Below, in pieces: positions 47,974 to 59,339 of a stretch of DNA of 64,000 nucleotides; positions within the stretch are counted from its first letter, which is position 1, and every line of letters begins with the position of its first letter. The position numbers were made by a program, and so were the translations under genes. The notes below the pieces were generated by a model. The model did no database searches and was not told the DNA's origin. It worked only from the letters and a program-made list of their open reading frames with translations. Origin of the DNA: a virus; the IMG/VR virus record IMGVR_UViG_3300012204_000007, positions 32,001 through 96,000 of that record; one strand, 5' to 3'.

Positions 47974-47975
47974 CT

Positions 47976-50900
47976 ATGCAAAATGTTGACATTCGATTTA
48001 GAGCATCGAGCAGTTTCTCCAAAGTACAGGCTGACCTAGCCGCCCTAGAGGCGCAGGCAGCCTCGCTTGGTGCTGTATTCGATAGGAACGCTAGAGTCAG
48101 AGCGCCAGCATTAGTAGACCCTCAATCATGGCAGCGCGCCACGACAGCCATTGATAGAGCCAGCAACGCATATCGTAATGCTATCTCATCTAGCGGTGTA
48201 ATGACCACCCAGCAGATTCGTGCTACTTCTGAGACAGAACGCTATACAAAGGCGCTACAGAGTCAGAAACTATCCATGCAGGATATGTGGAAGCATCGCG
48301 GTATTATGAAAGAGGTCTACCGCGACCAGTTGCGCTATCAGCGTATGACTGCTCAGTATTGGGGCACAGATGTGCAGGGCCGTGCCATTACCGATATCGC
48401 TGTTCCTAAGAGTGTGCCTAAAGACCTTGATACCATGCGTCGTAAATTGGGTATGTTCGGCAACGTCGTATCCAGCGCGAGCACCCAGGTAATTAACCTA
48501 GGTAAGAACATGCAGTGGGCCGGTAGACAGTTGACTGTTGGTTTCACATATCCCATGGTTCTGTTCGGCGCCGCCGCCGGTATGATGGCATATAAGGTTG
48601 AAGACTCTTTTGGTCAGATTAACAAAGTATATGACTATTCATCAGCAGCACTTAGAAACCAGAACGTTCTACTTAATGAACAAACCGCTCTGAGAGAAAA
48701 GTCAATGGCCATGGCAGAGACCATTGCTAAGCGCTATGGTCTGACGGTAGAGAAGACATTGGCTGTAGAGCAGGAACTTGCCGCGACCGGTCTAAAGAAC
48801 CAGCAACTATTGGCTGCAACGGCAGAGGTTCAAAGAATCTCTGCTATTGGTGATATTGACCCAAGTCAAACCACCAAGATGATTATTGCATTGCAGACTG
48901 CATTCAAACTTAAGGGACAAGAACTTACAGACACACTAAACTTTATGAACGCCGCATCTAACGCGACTTCTTTGAGCCTACAAGACATTGCCGAAGCAAC
49001 ACCGCGAGCAGCATCTGGTTTGGCTCAATTGGGTGTTAATGCACAACAAATGACAATCATGCTTGTCTCTATGCGTGAGGCTGGTGTTGATGCTGCACAG
49101 GGCGCTAACGCTCTAAAGTCAGCAACCACACGTATCTTGAATCCAGCCATTGTGCAGAAAGCAACTGATGCATATAAAAAGTTTGGTGCTAGCATCGATG
49201 TTCAAAAAATTGTTGATAGGTCAAAGGGGAATCTATTCGACTTCCTAAAAATACTGGGTCAGGCTGTAAATGCTCAAAAGGATTTGAACCAACAGCAGAA
49301 GGCTACGGCTATTGCTGCGCTCTTCGGTACTTACCAGTTCAACCGTTTGAATGCGGCTCTTGTTGACATTGGTGATGCTTATAGTGGCGTTAACAACCAG
49401 TCTGCCAAGGCAATCGCATTGCAGAAGGAGTCAAGTGAATCGCTTGCGCACATGGCTGAGGTTTCTGAAAAGGCTATGACCGAGACACCGGCAGCCAGAC
49501 TACGCAAGGCGTGGGCCGGTCTTCAAATTGAGTTGGCCGAACTAGGCAAGCCATTCCTAGCAGCAGGAGCAAGAATTCTAGAGGCTGCTTCAAAGTTCGC
49601 TGGATTCTTTAATCAAATGTCTGGATGGCAGAAGAAAGTCGCACTGGGCATTGCGGCGGTAATGGCTCTTGCTGGTCCAATAATCATGCTTGGTGGTCTA
49701 TTCCTCAACTTGGCAGGACAGTTTGGTAAGGGTATTGGCGCAATTGCTAAGTTCATCGGTATCTCTAAGTTGTTTACCAAAGAAGAGAAAGCAGCAATTC
49801 TGACAGCAGAGGCGCAAAATGCTGCCATGCAAAAACAAGAATCTGTCACTGTGACCCTTGCAGAAGAAATTAAGATTCTGTCTGCTGCATACGAGCAGGC
49901 AACGTTGTCAATGCGTGAGTTTGCCGAGATGCAAGGAATCACTGCAACGCGCACAGCAGCGACTACAGGTTTTATTGGCCCGCAGACACAAACAATCGCC
50001 GGTCGCCAATTGTCATCTCAAGAGCAAAGTTACTATGCAGCCACTTCATCTAGAAGCACCGTTGGACGTGGCGGTTCAATTTCTAATGAAAACCGCTTGA
50101 TGATGGCTCGTAACAGATTAGCATATGACTATATGCGCGCAAACAATCAAGTTGCCCGTGATGCCAGCGTAACTGAAAGACGCATAGCAAATGAGGCTCG
50201 AATTCGACAAGGCATGTCTAGAACAATTAGCGGCCAGAATATAATGATGGGCGCTATGGCTGTCTCAGCGGGTGCAATGATGATATCAGAGAATCAGACA
50301 GTTGACTCTATAGCCAAATGGACAATGATTGGTGCATTGGTTGTTCCGGCATTGATGGGCGCTGCTAAGTGGATGTCCGCAATCGCAGTGTCTGCAAGAG
50401 CCGCAGCGGCGGCTCAGTTGGTTAGTATGCGTGCTATGGCTGGTGGGTCAGCAGTATCAGCGCTTGGTACAGCAATGTCTGCTGCTAGGGCTGGTGCGAT
50501 AGGTTTCGGGGCTGCACTTAATGCTGCTCTTGGGCCTATTGGCTGGATTGCTCTTGGTTTGACCGCTGTAGTTGGAACATTTATGGTTATTAAAGACCAC
50601 AACGACAAGATTAAAGAGCAACAGGAAGAACTTCTAAAAAAGCAGATTGCTGCTAATGAAGCAATTAGAACTTCAACCGCATCTATTGCTACGAATATGG
50701 GTAAGGCTGCTGGTTCATACCAGCAAATGGCTAATATTGGTGGTGCTTCTAGTGGTGTGACTGGACCACAGTCTCAGTTGCTACAGTCATATAATTACTA
50801 TAAGAGTGAAGAGGGTCAAAAGGAAACAGCGGCACTTCAATCCAATGGTAAGTTAATTGATACTGACCAATTGATGGACAAAGTGCGCACCAAGTTCATT

Positions 50901-53900
50901 GACCTACAGGTGCTTGGTTCTGATACCGCAGAGCAAGCGAGGATTGATATTCAAGGAATGCTTACCGCCGCCGGTATGTCATCTATTGATGCAGCCAGAA
51001 TTGCAGAAGAAACATATAAGCGTCTTGGAGATATTGCGAAGATGGATTGGATTAAGCCGATTCAAGACCAAGTTATTGCACTTAACAATGTTCTTAGTAG
51101 TCCGCTATCAACAGTAGAGCATCGTAAGACACGCAGCCCTATAACTGCATTTGCTACTGAGATTGATTCTAATCAGGTTAAGTTGCTAGAACAGCAGGCA
51201 GATAAGTCTGCTGAAATCTTTAACCAGGCAATTGCAAACGCAACCTCACCGCAGCAAGCAAGAAAGTACATAGACGAATACATGAATGCTGCGTTACAAG
51301 AGTGGGACAGAGGGTTCATTACTATCTCACAATCTACTGAGACCGGAGCCGACAAAGCCCGTGAGATACTTAAGAAGTATGGTATCACTTCTGGCAAGGA
51401 GTTTGCTAAAGCATGGGCAGAGAATGCAGACTTTAAGAGTGAATTATCTGGTTTGGCGGGCAACGTAAGTACAGCCGAAATTGGTGCACAGGTCGATGCG
51501 GCCACAAAGTCTGCCGAGGTATGGGAGCGCACGGTTGTAGGAAGAATGACAAGTGCTAACGGAAACCTAGAAGATTCTATCTTGACTGTTGTCGGAGCGC
51601 TGGCTGGTTTCAATGAAGCGGCTATCGGCGTGACCTCAAAAGATGCCGCCAAGAACCTAATGGCAACCAATGCTGAATATCTAAAGTACGCAGACACGCT
51701 TGCGCAGATTAATCACCTTACTTCATTGGGCGTAGACCCAAATTCTAGCGCTATGCTTGAGTTGGAGAATCAACTAACCAGCGCCGGTAAGGCTGCCACC
51801 GAGCAGATTAATGAGTTGAATAGACGTTTTGGTTTTGTGGAAGGCAGAAACGCTACGGAGGCTCTAAATAACCTTATGAATCAGGTTACAAAGAGCACCA
51901 AGCATACCGATGATGAAGTAAAGAATGTCAATAAGCATCTCAATGCAATGCCTACCCATATTAACGTGCAAATTAAAATTGACCAAATCGGCGGTATTGT
52001 ACAGTCTGCCATGCAAGGGGTACAAGAAGATATGGCTACATCCGCTATGGATAGTTTCAACAGCGGTTGGGACTCTCGCATGAATGCTATGCAAAGCGCA
52101 CAGGACCGCGCATCCCAGGCTCTAGATAACAGGCAGCAGTCGGCACAGGATGCATTTGATGCACGCTGGGAGAGGCGCAAGGAAATGATTGATAAGGCGT
52201 ACCAGCAGCGTATCGATGCGGTACAGCGTGAAATCAATGCAGAGCAAAGAGCAGACGAGATTCGCCAGCGTATTTACGAGAAGGAAAAGGCTCGCCTACA
52301 GGCTATTGCTGATGCACAGAACACTAATATTGACTTTAATACTGCTCTTACTGAGGGCCGTCTAGATGATGCTGCCAAGTTACTTAATAATGCTGGCGTC
52401 TCTGCCGCAAATGCGCAGATGGACGCCGAGGCCGAGGCAGCACAGAACCGTTCACAGGCTCGCATCAATGCTCTTGAGAAGAAGAACGATAGGCTTGAGA
52501 AGCAGCGTGATAAAGAAATCAAGCAATTGGAGAAGATGGAAGAGCGTATGCGCAAGCATCTTGAGCGCATTCAGAATGCGCGTTCCAATGCTTTACAAAA
52601 GCAGCAAGAGGACCAGATGGCTTCATTACAGCGCCAGAGAGACTTCGAAAAGGCTATGCTTGACCAGCGTCTAGAACTATTCAAGTCTTATACTGCACGC
52701 AACCAGAAAGACCTTAAGCGCTGGATGGATGAGGTCGGACTTTCATATGATGACTTCGGTAAAGATGTTAAGGCAAAGGGCGAATCTTGGAGCACCTACT
52801 TCCAGAAGAGTTTGTCTGCACATATCCGTCAGGCTGGTACAGAAGTAATGAATGATAACATCTGGGAGAATGTTGGTAAGGGAATTGCTGCCAAGTTGCT
52901 TAAGGGCCTTGGTTTCACCGGTCTTGCAGATTTCCGTAACTTTGTACGAACGGGAACGATGAAGGCCCCCGAGGATTTGGGCGGTAAGAAGCCACCAGAG
53001 GTTCGTCACACGGGTGGTATCGTTGGTGGCATCGGCGGTCGTAATCGTGGTAATATTCCAAATACTTATAAGGGCATGCATCGCTCTGAGAGAATGGTTC
53101 GCGCACAAAAGGGTGAATATATTGTTAATAAGAACTCATCCGCCAAGCATGCAGAAATTCTAAAGTCTATTAACGATGGTTCGTTTGACCCATCACGAGG
53201 CATCCTAGGTGGTGCTATAGATTATGAATTTAATCCAAATGAAGGATTCGGTGGTCCAGGCGCATTGATTGCAGCAGCCGCAGCGGCCATGTTTGCAAAG
53301 GGTGTCGCTGGGGCTTTCCAAAATGCATACGCAGTAGGTGCAGATAAAGCAGCCAAGAATGCTGTCGGCGGTATATTCTCCGGAGCGCCAGGAACCTATG
53401 CTGGTCTTACTCTTGACGCAGAGCAGATTAAGAATGCAGCCATAATTGCTAGCGTTGGTTCTGGGATGGGAATGAGCACGCGCGACCTAGAGATTGGTAT
53501 TATGACTTCTATCACTGAGTCTATGCTTAGAAACCTATCTGGTGGAGACAGAGATTCAGCAGGTCTGTTCCAGCAACGACCTTCACAGGGATGGGGCTCG
53601 TTCGAGCAGGTTACAAATCCTAAGTATGCAGCCACTACATTCTTTAGTCGTCTAAGAAATCTTGATGGTCGCGGAGACATGTCTCCATGGATGGCTGCGC
53701 AGTCTGTACAGCGCTCTGCGTTTTCCGATGGGTCTAACTACGCCAAGTACTGGGCAGCAGCCCGCGCGATTTTCACAGGCGGTCTCACGAAGGCTCCTGG
53801 TGGTGGTAAGGGTTATGTCCCTGGTGGTGGTGGTAAGCATTGGCCAACCACACGTTCTCCATACGGAGCAATACACGATGCATATACAGGATTCCCCGCT

Positions 53901-54452
53901 GTAGACTTTAGTGTTGCAACAGGCAACCCAGCATATGCTGTTGCAGACGGTACTATTACGCGCTCACAAGACTTGGTCGGTAATGATGGTCGAGTTTCAA
54001 ATGGAGGATACTATTCATATGGTCGTGTTATTCAACTGCGTACCGACCAGGGGCCAGAAGTTCTTTATGCCCACCTTAACAGTCGCAGCGTTACCGCTGG
54101 TCAGCGAGTAAAGGGAGGTGCCATAATCGGTAGAACTGGTAACACAGGACACTCGTTTGGCTCACACCTTCACTTTGGAGCGACAAATGGACCGCTTGCA
54201 TGGCTACGAAGGGGAGGCACAATTAGATATGACAACACCCCAGCCATGCTTCACAAGGGAGAGACTGTATTAACTGACAATCTTACCAAGCAATTCAAGA
54301 ACAATGTTGCATCAGGGGGCAATGACCGGTATGATTTTACTATTGACCTTCGCGGAGCATATATCAAGGAAGATGTTGATATTGAGAAGGCCGTAGATGC
54401 CGCAATTGCTAAAAAAGAGAATAGACTTGGACGAAAGAGGATTGTTAACTAA
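47976..54452 (+). CDS. Tape measure protein with C-terminal lysozyme-like and M23 peptidase domains
   Basis: 2158 aa, Ala-rich and helical; ES...DRDSAGLFQQRPSQGWG; AVDF...YAHL...GNTG.S.G.HLHF. Confidence 0.93.
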   Translation: MQNVDIRFRASSSFSKVQADLAALEAQAASLGAVFDRNARVRAPALVDPQSWQRATTAIDRASNAYRNAISSSGVMTTQQIRATSETERYTKALQSQKLSMQDMWKHRGIMKEVYRDQLRYQRMTAQYWGTDVQGRAITDIAVPKSVPKDLDTMRRKLGMFGNVVSSASTQVINLGKNMQWAGRQLTVGFTYPMVLFGAAAGMMAYKVEDSFGQINKVYDYSSAALRNQNVLLNEQTALREKSMAMAETIAKRYGLTVEKTLAVEQELAATGLKNQQLLAATAEVQRISAIGDIDPSQTTKMIIALQTAFKLKGQELTDTLNFMNAASNATSLSLQDIAEATPRAASGLAQLGVNAQQMTIMLVSMREAGVDAAQGANALKSATTRILNPAIVQKATDAYKKFGASIDVQKIVDRSKGNLFDFLKILGQAVNAQKDLNQQQKATAIAALFGTYQFNRLNAALVDIGDAYSGVNNQSAKAIALQKESSESLAHMAEVSEKAMTETPAARLRKAWAGLQIELAELGKPFLAAGARILEAASKFAGFFNQMSGWQKKVALGIAAVMALAGPIIMLGGLFLNLAGQFGKGIGAIAKFIGISKLFTKEEKAAILTAEAQNAAMQKQESVTVTLAEEIKILSAAYEQATLSMREFAEMQGITATRTAATTGFIGPQTQTIAGRQLSSQEQSYYAATSSRSTVGRGGSISNENRLMMARNRLAYDYMRANNQVARDASVTERRIANEARIRQGMSRTISGQNIMMGAMAVSAGAMMISENQTVDSIAKWTMIGALVVPALMGAAKWMSAIAVSARAAAAAQLVSMRAMAGGSAVSALGTAMSAARAGAIGFGAALNAALGPIGWIALGLTAVVGTFMVIKDHNDKIKEQQEELLKKQIAANEAIRTSTASIATNMGKAAGSYQQMANIGGASSGVTGPQSQLLQSYNYYKSEEGQKETAALQSNGKLIDTDQLMDKVRTKFIDLQVLGSDTAEQARIDIQGMLTAAGMSSIDAARIAEETYKRLGDIAKMDWIKPIQDQVIALNNVLSSPLSTVEHRKTRSPITAFATEIDSNQVKLLEQQADKSAEIFNQAIANATSPQQARKYIDEYMNAALQEWDRGFITISQSTETGADKAREILKKYGITSGKEFAKAWAENADFKSELSGLAGNVSTAEIGAQVDAATKSAEVWERTVVGRMTSANGNLEDSILTVVGALAGFNEAAIGVTSKDAAKNLMATNAEYLKYADTLAQINHLTSLGVDPNSSAMLELENQLTSAGKAATEQINELNRRFGFVEGRNATEALNNLMNQVTKSTKHTDDEVKNVNKHLNAMPTHINVQIKIDQIGGIVQSAMQGVQEDMATSAMDSFNSGWDSRMNAMQSAQDRASQALDNRQQSAQDAFDARWERRKEMIDKAYQQRIDAVQREINAEQRADEIRQRIYEKEKARLQAIADAQNTNIDFNTALTEGRLDDAAKLLNNAGVSAANAQMDAEAEAAQNRSQARINALEKKNDRLEKQRDKEIKQLEKMEERMRKHLERIQNARSNALQKQQEDQMASLQRQRDFEKAMLDQRLELFKSYTARNQKDLKRWMDEVGLSYDDFGKDVKAKGESWSTYFQKSLSAHIRQAGTEVMNDNIWENVGKGIAAKLLKGLGFTGLADFRNFVRTGTMKAPEDLGGKKPPEVRHTGGIVGGIGGRNRGNIPNTYKGMHRSERMVRAQKGEYIVNKNSSAKHAEILKSINDGSFDPSRGILGGAIDYEFNPNEGFGGPGALIAAAAAAMFAKGVAGAFQNAYAVGADKAAKNAVGGIFSGAPGTYAGLTLDAEQIKNAAIIASVGSGMGMSTRDLEIGIMTSITESMLRNLSGGDRDSAGLFQQRPSQGWGSFEQVTNPKYAATTFFSRLRNLDGRGDMSPWMAAQSVQRSAFSDGSNYAKYWAAARAIFTGGLTKAPGGGKGYVPGGGGKHWPTTRSPYGAIHDAYTGFPAVDFSVATGNPAYAVADGTITRSQDLVGNDGRVSNGGYYSYGRVIQLRTDQGPEVLYAHLNSRSVTAGQRVKGGAIIGRTGNTGHSFGSHLHFGATNGPLAWLRRGGTIRYDNTPAMLHKGETVLTDNLTKQFKNNVASGGNDRYDFTIDLRGAYIKEDVDIEKAVDAAIAKKENRLGRKRIVN

Positions 54453-54919
54453 TGGCTGGATGGAAAGATAACCCGATTATGACCTGGGCCGGTACAAAAG
54501 TGACCGAGCACGGTAGGGCTCCATTGTCACAAAGTACAGAACGCATCGGTACTGATAAGCGTATGGCTGATGGTACCCTTCGTCGCCAATTTGTTTCAAC
54601 TAAGCGCTCGTGGCAAGTTTCTTGGGAAAACATTCCTAGCAGGAATAATATATCTGGTGCAATTACAACTGCCGATGGCGGTATGTCTGGTACAGACACT
54701 GAGGCATTCTACAATGCTAACCACGGTTCATTTAGAATGATTCTAAGGCGCGGTAGCGCAATTAATATAGCAGACCCAAACCCAGCAGAGTCAGCGCTCC
54801 CATATGAAGATACTAACTTCTACGTTGTGAATGTAATGATAACAGACTTTAGCAAGGAGGTTCGCAAGCGCGGCAAGGTGGACCTTTGGGGTATGTCTGT
54901 TACGCTTGAAGAGGTATAG
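54452..54919 (+). CDS. Minor tail protein (Dit-like)
   Basis: Follows tape measure; RMADGTLR motif; ends in LEEV. Confidence 0.7.
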   Translation: MAGWKDNPIMTWAGTKVTEHGRAPLSQSTERIGTDKRMADGTLRRQFVSTKRSWQVSWENIPSRNNISGAITTADGGMSGTDTEAFYNANHGSFRMILRRGSAINIADPNPAESALPYEDTNFYVVNVMITDFSKEVRKRGKVDLWGMSVTLEEV

Positions 54920-57900
54920 TGAAAACTAATAGCACAGTAAGAACCTCTATTACAAATAACTTAAGCGTTGATATTGGGACGGTCCTAAATGCCGAATGGC
55001 AGATGAACCGTTTCTATAGGACGGCGGTAGACAATACTCCGACCGAGGATAGCGAGGGCTATGATATTGAGTACTTTCCAATTGAGTCTATTACAAAAGC
55101 GAACCGCCCCAAGGCCGGTATTATCAAGGCTGTTGTAGGACAGGCTGTTGTTGATACAGAATATCATGATGCCGTACCGCCAGCCCGCTACTATGTAGTA
55201 AGCCATAGCGACGTATACAAGTATTGGCAGTCACCCTACAGTGCAGCACCAAGCACATTCCTGCTTACTACCTGCAAGCCTCAGGTCACCTATGTTGAAG
55301 AGAACCAAGTTTCGGGAGCAGATGTACCTCGTACTGTAAACGCAAATAAGATTTACTTTACTATTGAAAATACGTATGCGTATCCAACTGAGATAGACGT
55401 TCAGATTAAGACAACTACAGGCGGAGCATGGACTACTGTCGCTAGTGAAGTAGATTTTACAATTGGTCCGGGCGGTAAAGTAGAACTATGGTACACGGGC
55501 TCAGGTTGGACAAGCACCAAGAACCTAGCCAACTCAACTACGATATCTGCCGTACGCCTGCTTGTTAATAAGATGAACAAGGAGGCTTACTTCAATCTTA
55601 TTGAGTTGGGTGTGTCTTTAGAGTTGGACTTGTCACCTGACATGGTTTCTTGGAATGATACATTCTCTATGGGAGAGTCAGACTTCATTACTCCGCTTGG
55701 TCAGATTTCATCTAACTCTGGTCAAGTAGAGTTGTTCAACGATGCCGGTAAATACTCAAATACTAACTCTGGCAGCATCCTATATGGCTTACTAGACAAG
55801 GGAGTTATCTTCCGATGCTGGACCAAGTACGGCGCGCAGTTAGTTCAGGAATTTGAAATGTTCTCAGATACTTGGGAGGGTACCGACGACTCGGCAACAG
55901 TTGTGCTGACAGATGGAACTAAGTTCTTTATGGATGAAAAGCCTGGCGCGGTAATGTATACAAACATTTCAGTCCAAGAGGCGATTTGGCGTATATGTGA
56001 CGTTATCGGTTTTAACAATTATAAAGTCACAGCCATCGACTCGACGCCGCATTCTATGATAGATATTTTCTGGACTGACGAAGAGAAGACCGCATGGGAA
56101 ATCTTTGGTGAACTAGCGAGAGCAACCCAAACCGCTATCTACTTTGATTCGTTCGGGGTATTGCAGGTAAAGACTCGTGGCGTTGCATGGGATGATACCA
56201 GAACTGTAGATTATGATTTTATTAGAAACAGCGTGGCAGGCGGCCAGCCCTCAAATATTGTATCTCTAACAGAAGAAACACAATATGAAGCAAACAAGGT
56301 CACCATCAACTGGCAGCCAACAGGTTTCTCAGAAAGAGTAGATAATATTGTCCCGTTTGAGGTCGTATGGGAACCAGATAACGCTGTTGTATTGCGCGCG
56401 ACCGAACTAGGAAAGAACTTCCTAATTGGAGATATGACTTTGAACCTTCCTCTCAAGGAGGGTTCTACCTGGCCATGGAACGGTTATGCAAATATTGAGG
56501 GTGAGTTCATACAGTTTGATGCCAAGCGATATATTTATTATAATGCATCAGGAGTTAGAACTTCGCAGTGGGTAGTAGATTATGAAACTCAAAAGAGATT
56601 TGATGAGACCACATCTGCATCAAACATACATCTAAACCATTATACCGGTGAGTTACGTGTGAAAGAGCGCGGCCTGTGGAACACAGAAGAAAAGAACCAC
56701 CGTGTCGATATGAATGGTTGGACCAGCCGTCGTAAAAGGAATTATGGAACGGCCAACTCACCATGCTCTGGTGTTCGACTACATGCTGCCGAGTCTCTAG
56801 TTAGAGTCTCTGGACCTAAAACCTTAGATATGGATGATTACACATATCTAACACATGGCGCGGCGGTAGACCAAGGATATTACTACCTTGGAACGTCTAT
56901 GCGTATTGATAAGACTGCTCATAAGGATAAATGCGGCGGTATCTTTTTCCATGGCGCCGATGGTTACGGTACTGGATACTTCCTTGAAATTATGACTACC
57001 TCTCGCATGAGTGCAAAGATGCGTCAGTACAGAAACGAAGTATTATTCTACTCAATGAAGTCAGACGGTACCAAGAAGCACTATGGTGGCATGGAGGTTG
57101 TTCTAAAGGACAAGTCGAAGACAAATAATAATGGTGCTACTACCAATCTTGACGTTGGTGCGCGTATGGCTATTATCGAAGATAGATTCATAGATTTTGA
57201 TATCTGGTTCGAAGTGCTTGGGAATAATGACCATCGTATACAGATTTGGGCCAACGGACATTACTTGTTTGAGGCTATAGTTCCTTCTGGTTCTGGTTGG
57301 CAGCACGCGCGCTCCGGGTTGGTCGGGCTATATGCACGTGGACAGTCAAGCCTTTCATTTGATTATTTTTATGGAATTAATAATCTTGGTGTCGACCCTA
57401 TCGATGCTGAGCCATATTTTGACCGTATTGATGGGGCATACCGTGGCGACCAATCTCTGGGAGATTGGGATTATGAAGTCCGAAAGGTACGTCGAAAGAT
57501 TCGCAATAAATGGACTAAGGTCAAGTCTAAGTACAACCAGAGATTTATGGAAGAGTTCGGGCCGGTAGTTCATGAAATGCGTAGATTTGATGTTAAGTTT
57601 ACTACAGAGACACCAGTTCTAGAATCTAAACTATACTTCTCTAATACAACTCAGGCTCTATGTAGTGAGTTTAGTGGAAGCATTAGCGGCGCCGAGTTCG
57701 TCATGACAAACAAACACCGCCAGAATGCTATTATATCCGGTGATGATGAACGCACTACTATGGGTAATGGAACTATTAATCATAAACTGTTTGTTTATGG
57801 TCGCCCAGTCATCCAGAAAGATGCTCGTCAGATTACAAAAACTGATGACTGGTCACAGCGTCGACGTGGTGTGATAGATATTGAATATAATTCACAGTGG

Positions 57901-58140
57901 ATTCAGAACGAACAAGAGGCCAATAGATTCGCAGATTGGCTGACAACGCATTGGTCTCGTAGCGACACCACATTGAATGTTGAAGTATTTGGTAATCCTC
58001 TGATAGAGATTGCCGATGTAGTCAATGTTACCTACCGCCACATTAACAGTAAGTTCTATGTGATTGGGATAAACAATACCTGGGACAATGGCCTACAGAC
58101 CCAACTGACACTGCGTAAAGTATCTACAGCACTAGTGTAG
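54919..58140 (+). CDS. Minor tail / baseplate hub protein
   Basis: 1073 aa; C-terminal GNPLIEIAD.V motif. Confidence 0.75.
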   Translation: MKTNSTVRTSITNNLSVDIGTVLNAEWQMNRFYRTAVDNTPTEDSEGYDIEYFPIESITKANRPKAGIIKAVVGQAVVDTEYHDAVPPARYYVVSHSDVYKYWQSPYSAAPSTFLLTTCKPQVTYVEENQVSGADVPRTVNANKIYFTIENTYAYPTEIDVQIKTTTGGAWTTVASEVDFTIGPGGKVELWYTGSGWTSTKNLANSTTISAVRLLVNKMNKEAYFNLIELGVSLELDLSPDMVSWNDTFSMGESDFITPLGQISSNSGQVELFNDAGKYSNTNSGSILYGLLDKGVIFRCWTKYGAQLVQEFEMFSDTWEGTDDSATVVLTDGTKFFMDEKPGAVMYTNISVQEAIWRICDVIGFNNYKVTAIDSTPHSMIDIFWTDEEKTAWEIFGELARATQTAIYFDSFGVLQVKTRGVAWDDTRTVDYDFIRNSVAGGQPSNIVSLTEETQYEANKVTINWQPTGFSERVDNIVPFEVVWEPDNAVVLRATELGKNFLIGDMTLNLPLKEGSTWPWNGYANIEGEFIQFDAKRYIYYNASGVRTSQWVVDYETQKRFDETTSASNIHLNHYTGELRVKERGLWNTEEKNHRVDMNGWTSRRKRNYGTANSPCSGVRLHAAESLVRVSGPKTLDMDDYTYLTHGAAVDQGYYYLGTSMRIDKTAHKDKCGGIFFHGADGYGTGYFLEIMTTSRMSAKMRQYRNEVLFYSMKSDGTKKHYGGMEVVLKDKSKTNNNGATTNLDVGARMAIIEDRFIDFDIWFEVLGNNDHRIQIWANGHYLFEAIVPSGSGWQHARSGLVGLYARGQSSLSFDYFYGINNLGVDPIDAEPYFDRIDGAYRGDQSLGDWDYEVRKVRRKIRNKWTKVKSKYNQRFMEEFGPVVHEMRRFDVKFTTETPVLESKLYFSNTTQALCSEFSGSISGAEFVMTNKHRQNAIISGDDERTTMGNGTINHKLFVYGRPVIQKDARQITKTDDWSQRRRGVIDIEYNSQWIQNEQEANRFADWLTTHWSRSDTTLNVEVFGNPLIEIADVVNVTYRHINSKFYVIGINNTWDNGLQTQLTLRKVSTALV

Positions 58141-58175
58141 TTTGCAATATAGCCCTATTGCGCTATAATTAAATC

Positions 58176-58505
58176 ATGGCCACTGATATTTATAGAGACT
58201 TCGACCCGAACTTAACAATTCCAATCGGATTGAAAAACACTCGTATCTCAATGCTACCAGATGTTCAGCAAGACCTAGCGGAGCCAGATGCAGATATTGA
58301 TATTCAGGAAGATACTCTATCAGATGATGATAGCCAACTCGATGAAGACGAAGTCGGAGACGAGTTGGATGTTCCTGGGTCATTTACAATAATATCTCAA
58401 ACTGTTCGCACTGCGCCAGACGGTAATCAAGTTGTTGATATTGTTATTGATGTTGAAGAGGTTACCGGTGCAGTTAAATACGAAATTAGGATAGTGCCAG
58501 CATGA
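58176..58505 (+). CDS. Minor tail-associated protein
   Basis: Leaderless after TATAAT; coupled to the next gene. Confidence 0.6.
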   Translation: MATDIYRDFDPNLTIPIGLKNTRISMLPDVQQDLAEPDADIDIQEDTLSDDDSQLDEDEVGDELDVPGSFTIISQTVRTAPDGNQVVDIVIDVEEVTGAVKYEIRIVPA

Positions 58506-59338
58506 TTACAGCAGCAGGTAAGACATTTATAAAAAGATACCTAGCCGGACAGGCTGGCACTATGGTTGGTGCTATGTCCGTTGGTATTGGCGATACCGCC
58601 GCGACTCTTAATGACACTCGCATGCAATTTGAGTTTGCGCGCGTACCTGTTGCTGTTATTGACTATGATTTTGTAAACGACCAGTTGATTTTCAAAGGCA
58701 CTCTTGATGAAGAGATTGAAGGTAAAATCTATGAGGTCGGCATCTGGACGGCAGAAGTAAACTCAGCGGCCGGTAACCAAGAATCTAAATTGCTTACATC
58801 CTTTGATTCAGCAACAGAAGACTGGGGCGTAGAGACATTTGCTTCAACTAATACTCGTATCGGTGTAGACTCTATGCGTCACACGCCAGTCTTGTCTACT
58901 ACCTCATCCAATATTCTAACAGGAATCACTTTAGACCTGATTGACTATTCATCATTGGATACTTTCGTACTTGCTTATTATGTGGCGAACTCATTCACAG
59001 CCAATATCAAGGTGCGTATTCGCACCGACTCTAGCAACTACTATGAGTTTACTGTGACCTCTCCTACTACTGGTTACAAGTTCTCCACCTTCACAAAGGG
59101 CTCAGCCACCGTAGTTGGTGCCCCATCATGGGCCAATATCAATGAAATTGAGATTAGAACAACCGCTACCGCAGGCGGTACCGCATCTGTTGATTATGAC
59201 GGACTACGTATAGAAGATGTAGACTCTGTAGCACCAGAGTATGGTCTTGTTGCTCATTACATTCCAAGCGTGCCGGTAGTCAAATTGGAAGGAATCGTGC
59301 AGGATTTTGAATATGCCCTGCCGGTAACTATTAGTTAA
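58502..59338 (+). CDS. Minor tail protein
   Basis: MIT..GK..I.RYLAG and FEF.RVP motifs. Confidence 0.7.
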   Translation: MITAAGKTFIKRYLAGQAGTMVGAMSVGIGDTAATLNDTRMQFEFARVPVAVIDYDFVNDQLIFKGTLDEEIEGKIYEVGIWTAEVNSAAGNQESKLLTSFDSATEDWGVETFASTNTRIGVDSMRHTPVLSTTSSNILTGITLDLIDYSSLDTFVLAYYVANSFTANIKVRIRTDSSNYYEFTVTSPTTGYKFSTFTKGSATVVGAPSWANINEIEIRTTATAGGTASVDYDGLRIEDVDSVAPEYGLVAHYIPSVPVVKLEGIVQDFEYALPVTIS

Positions 59339-59339
59339 T

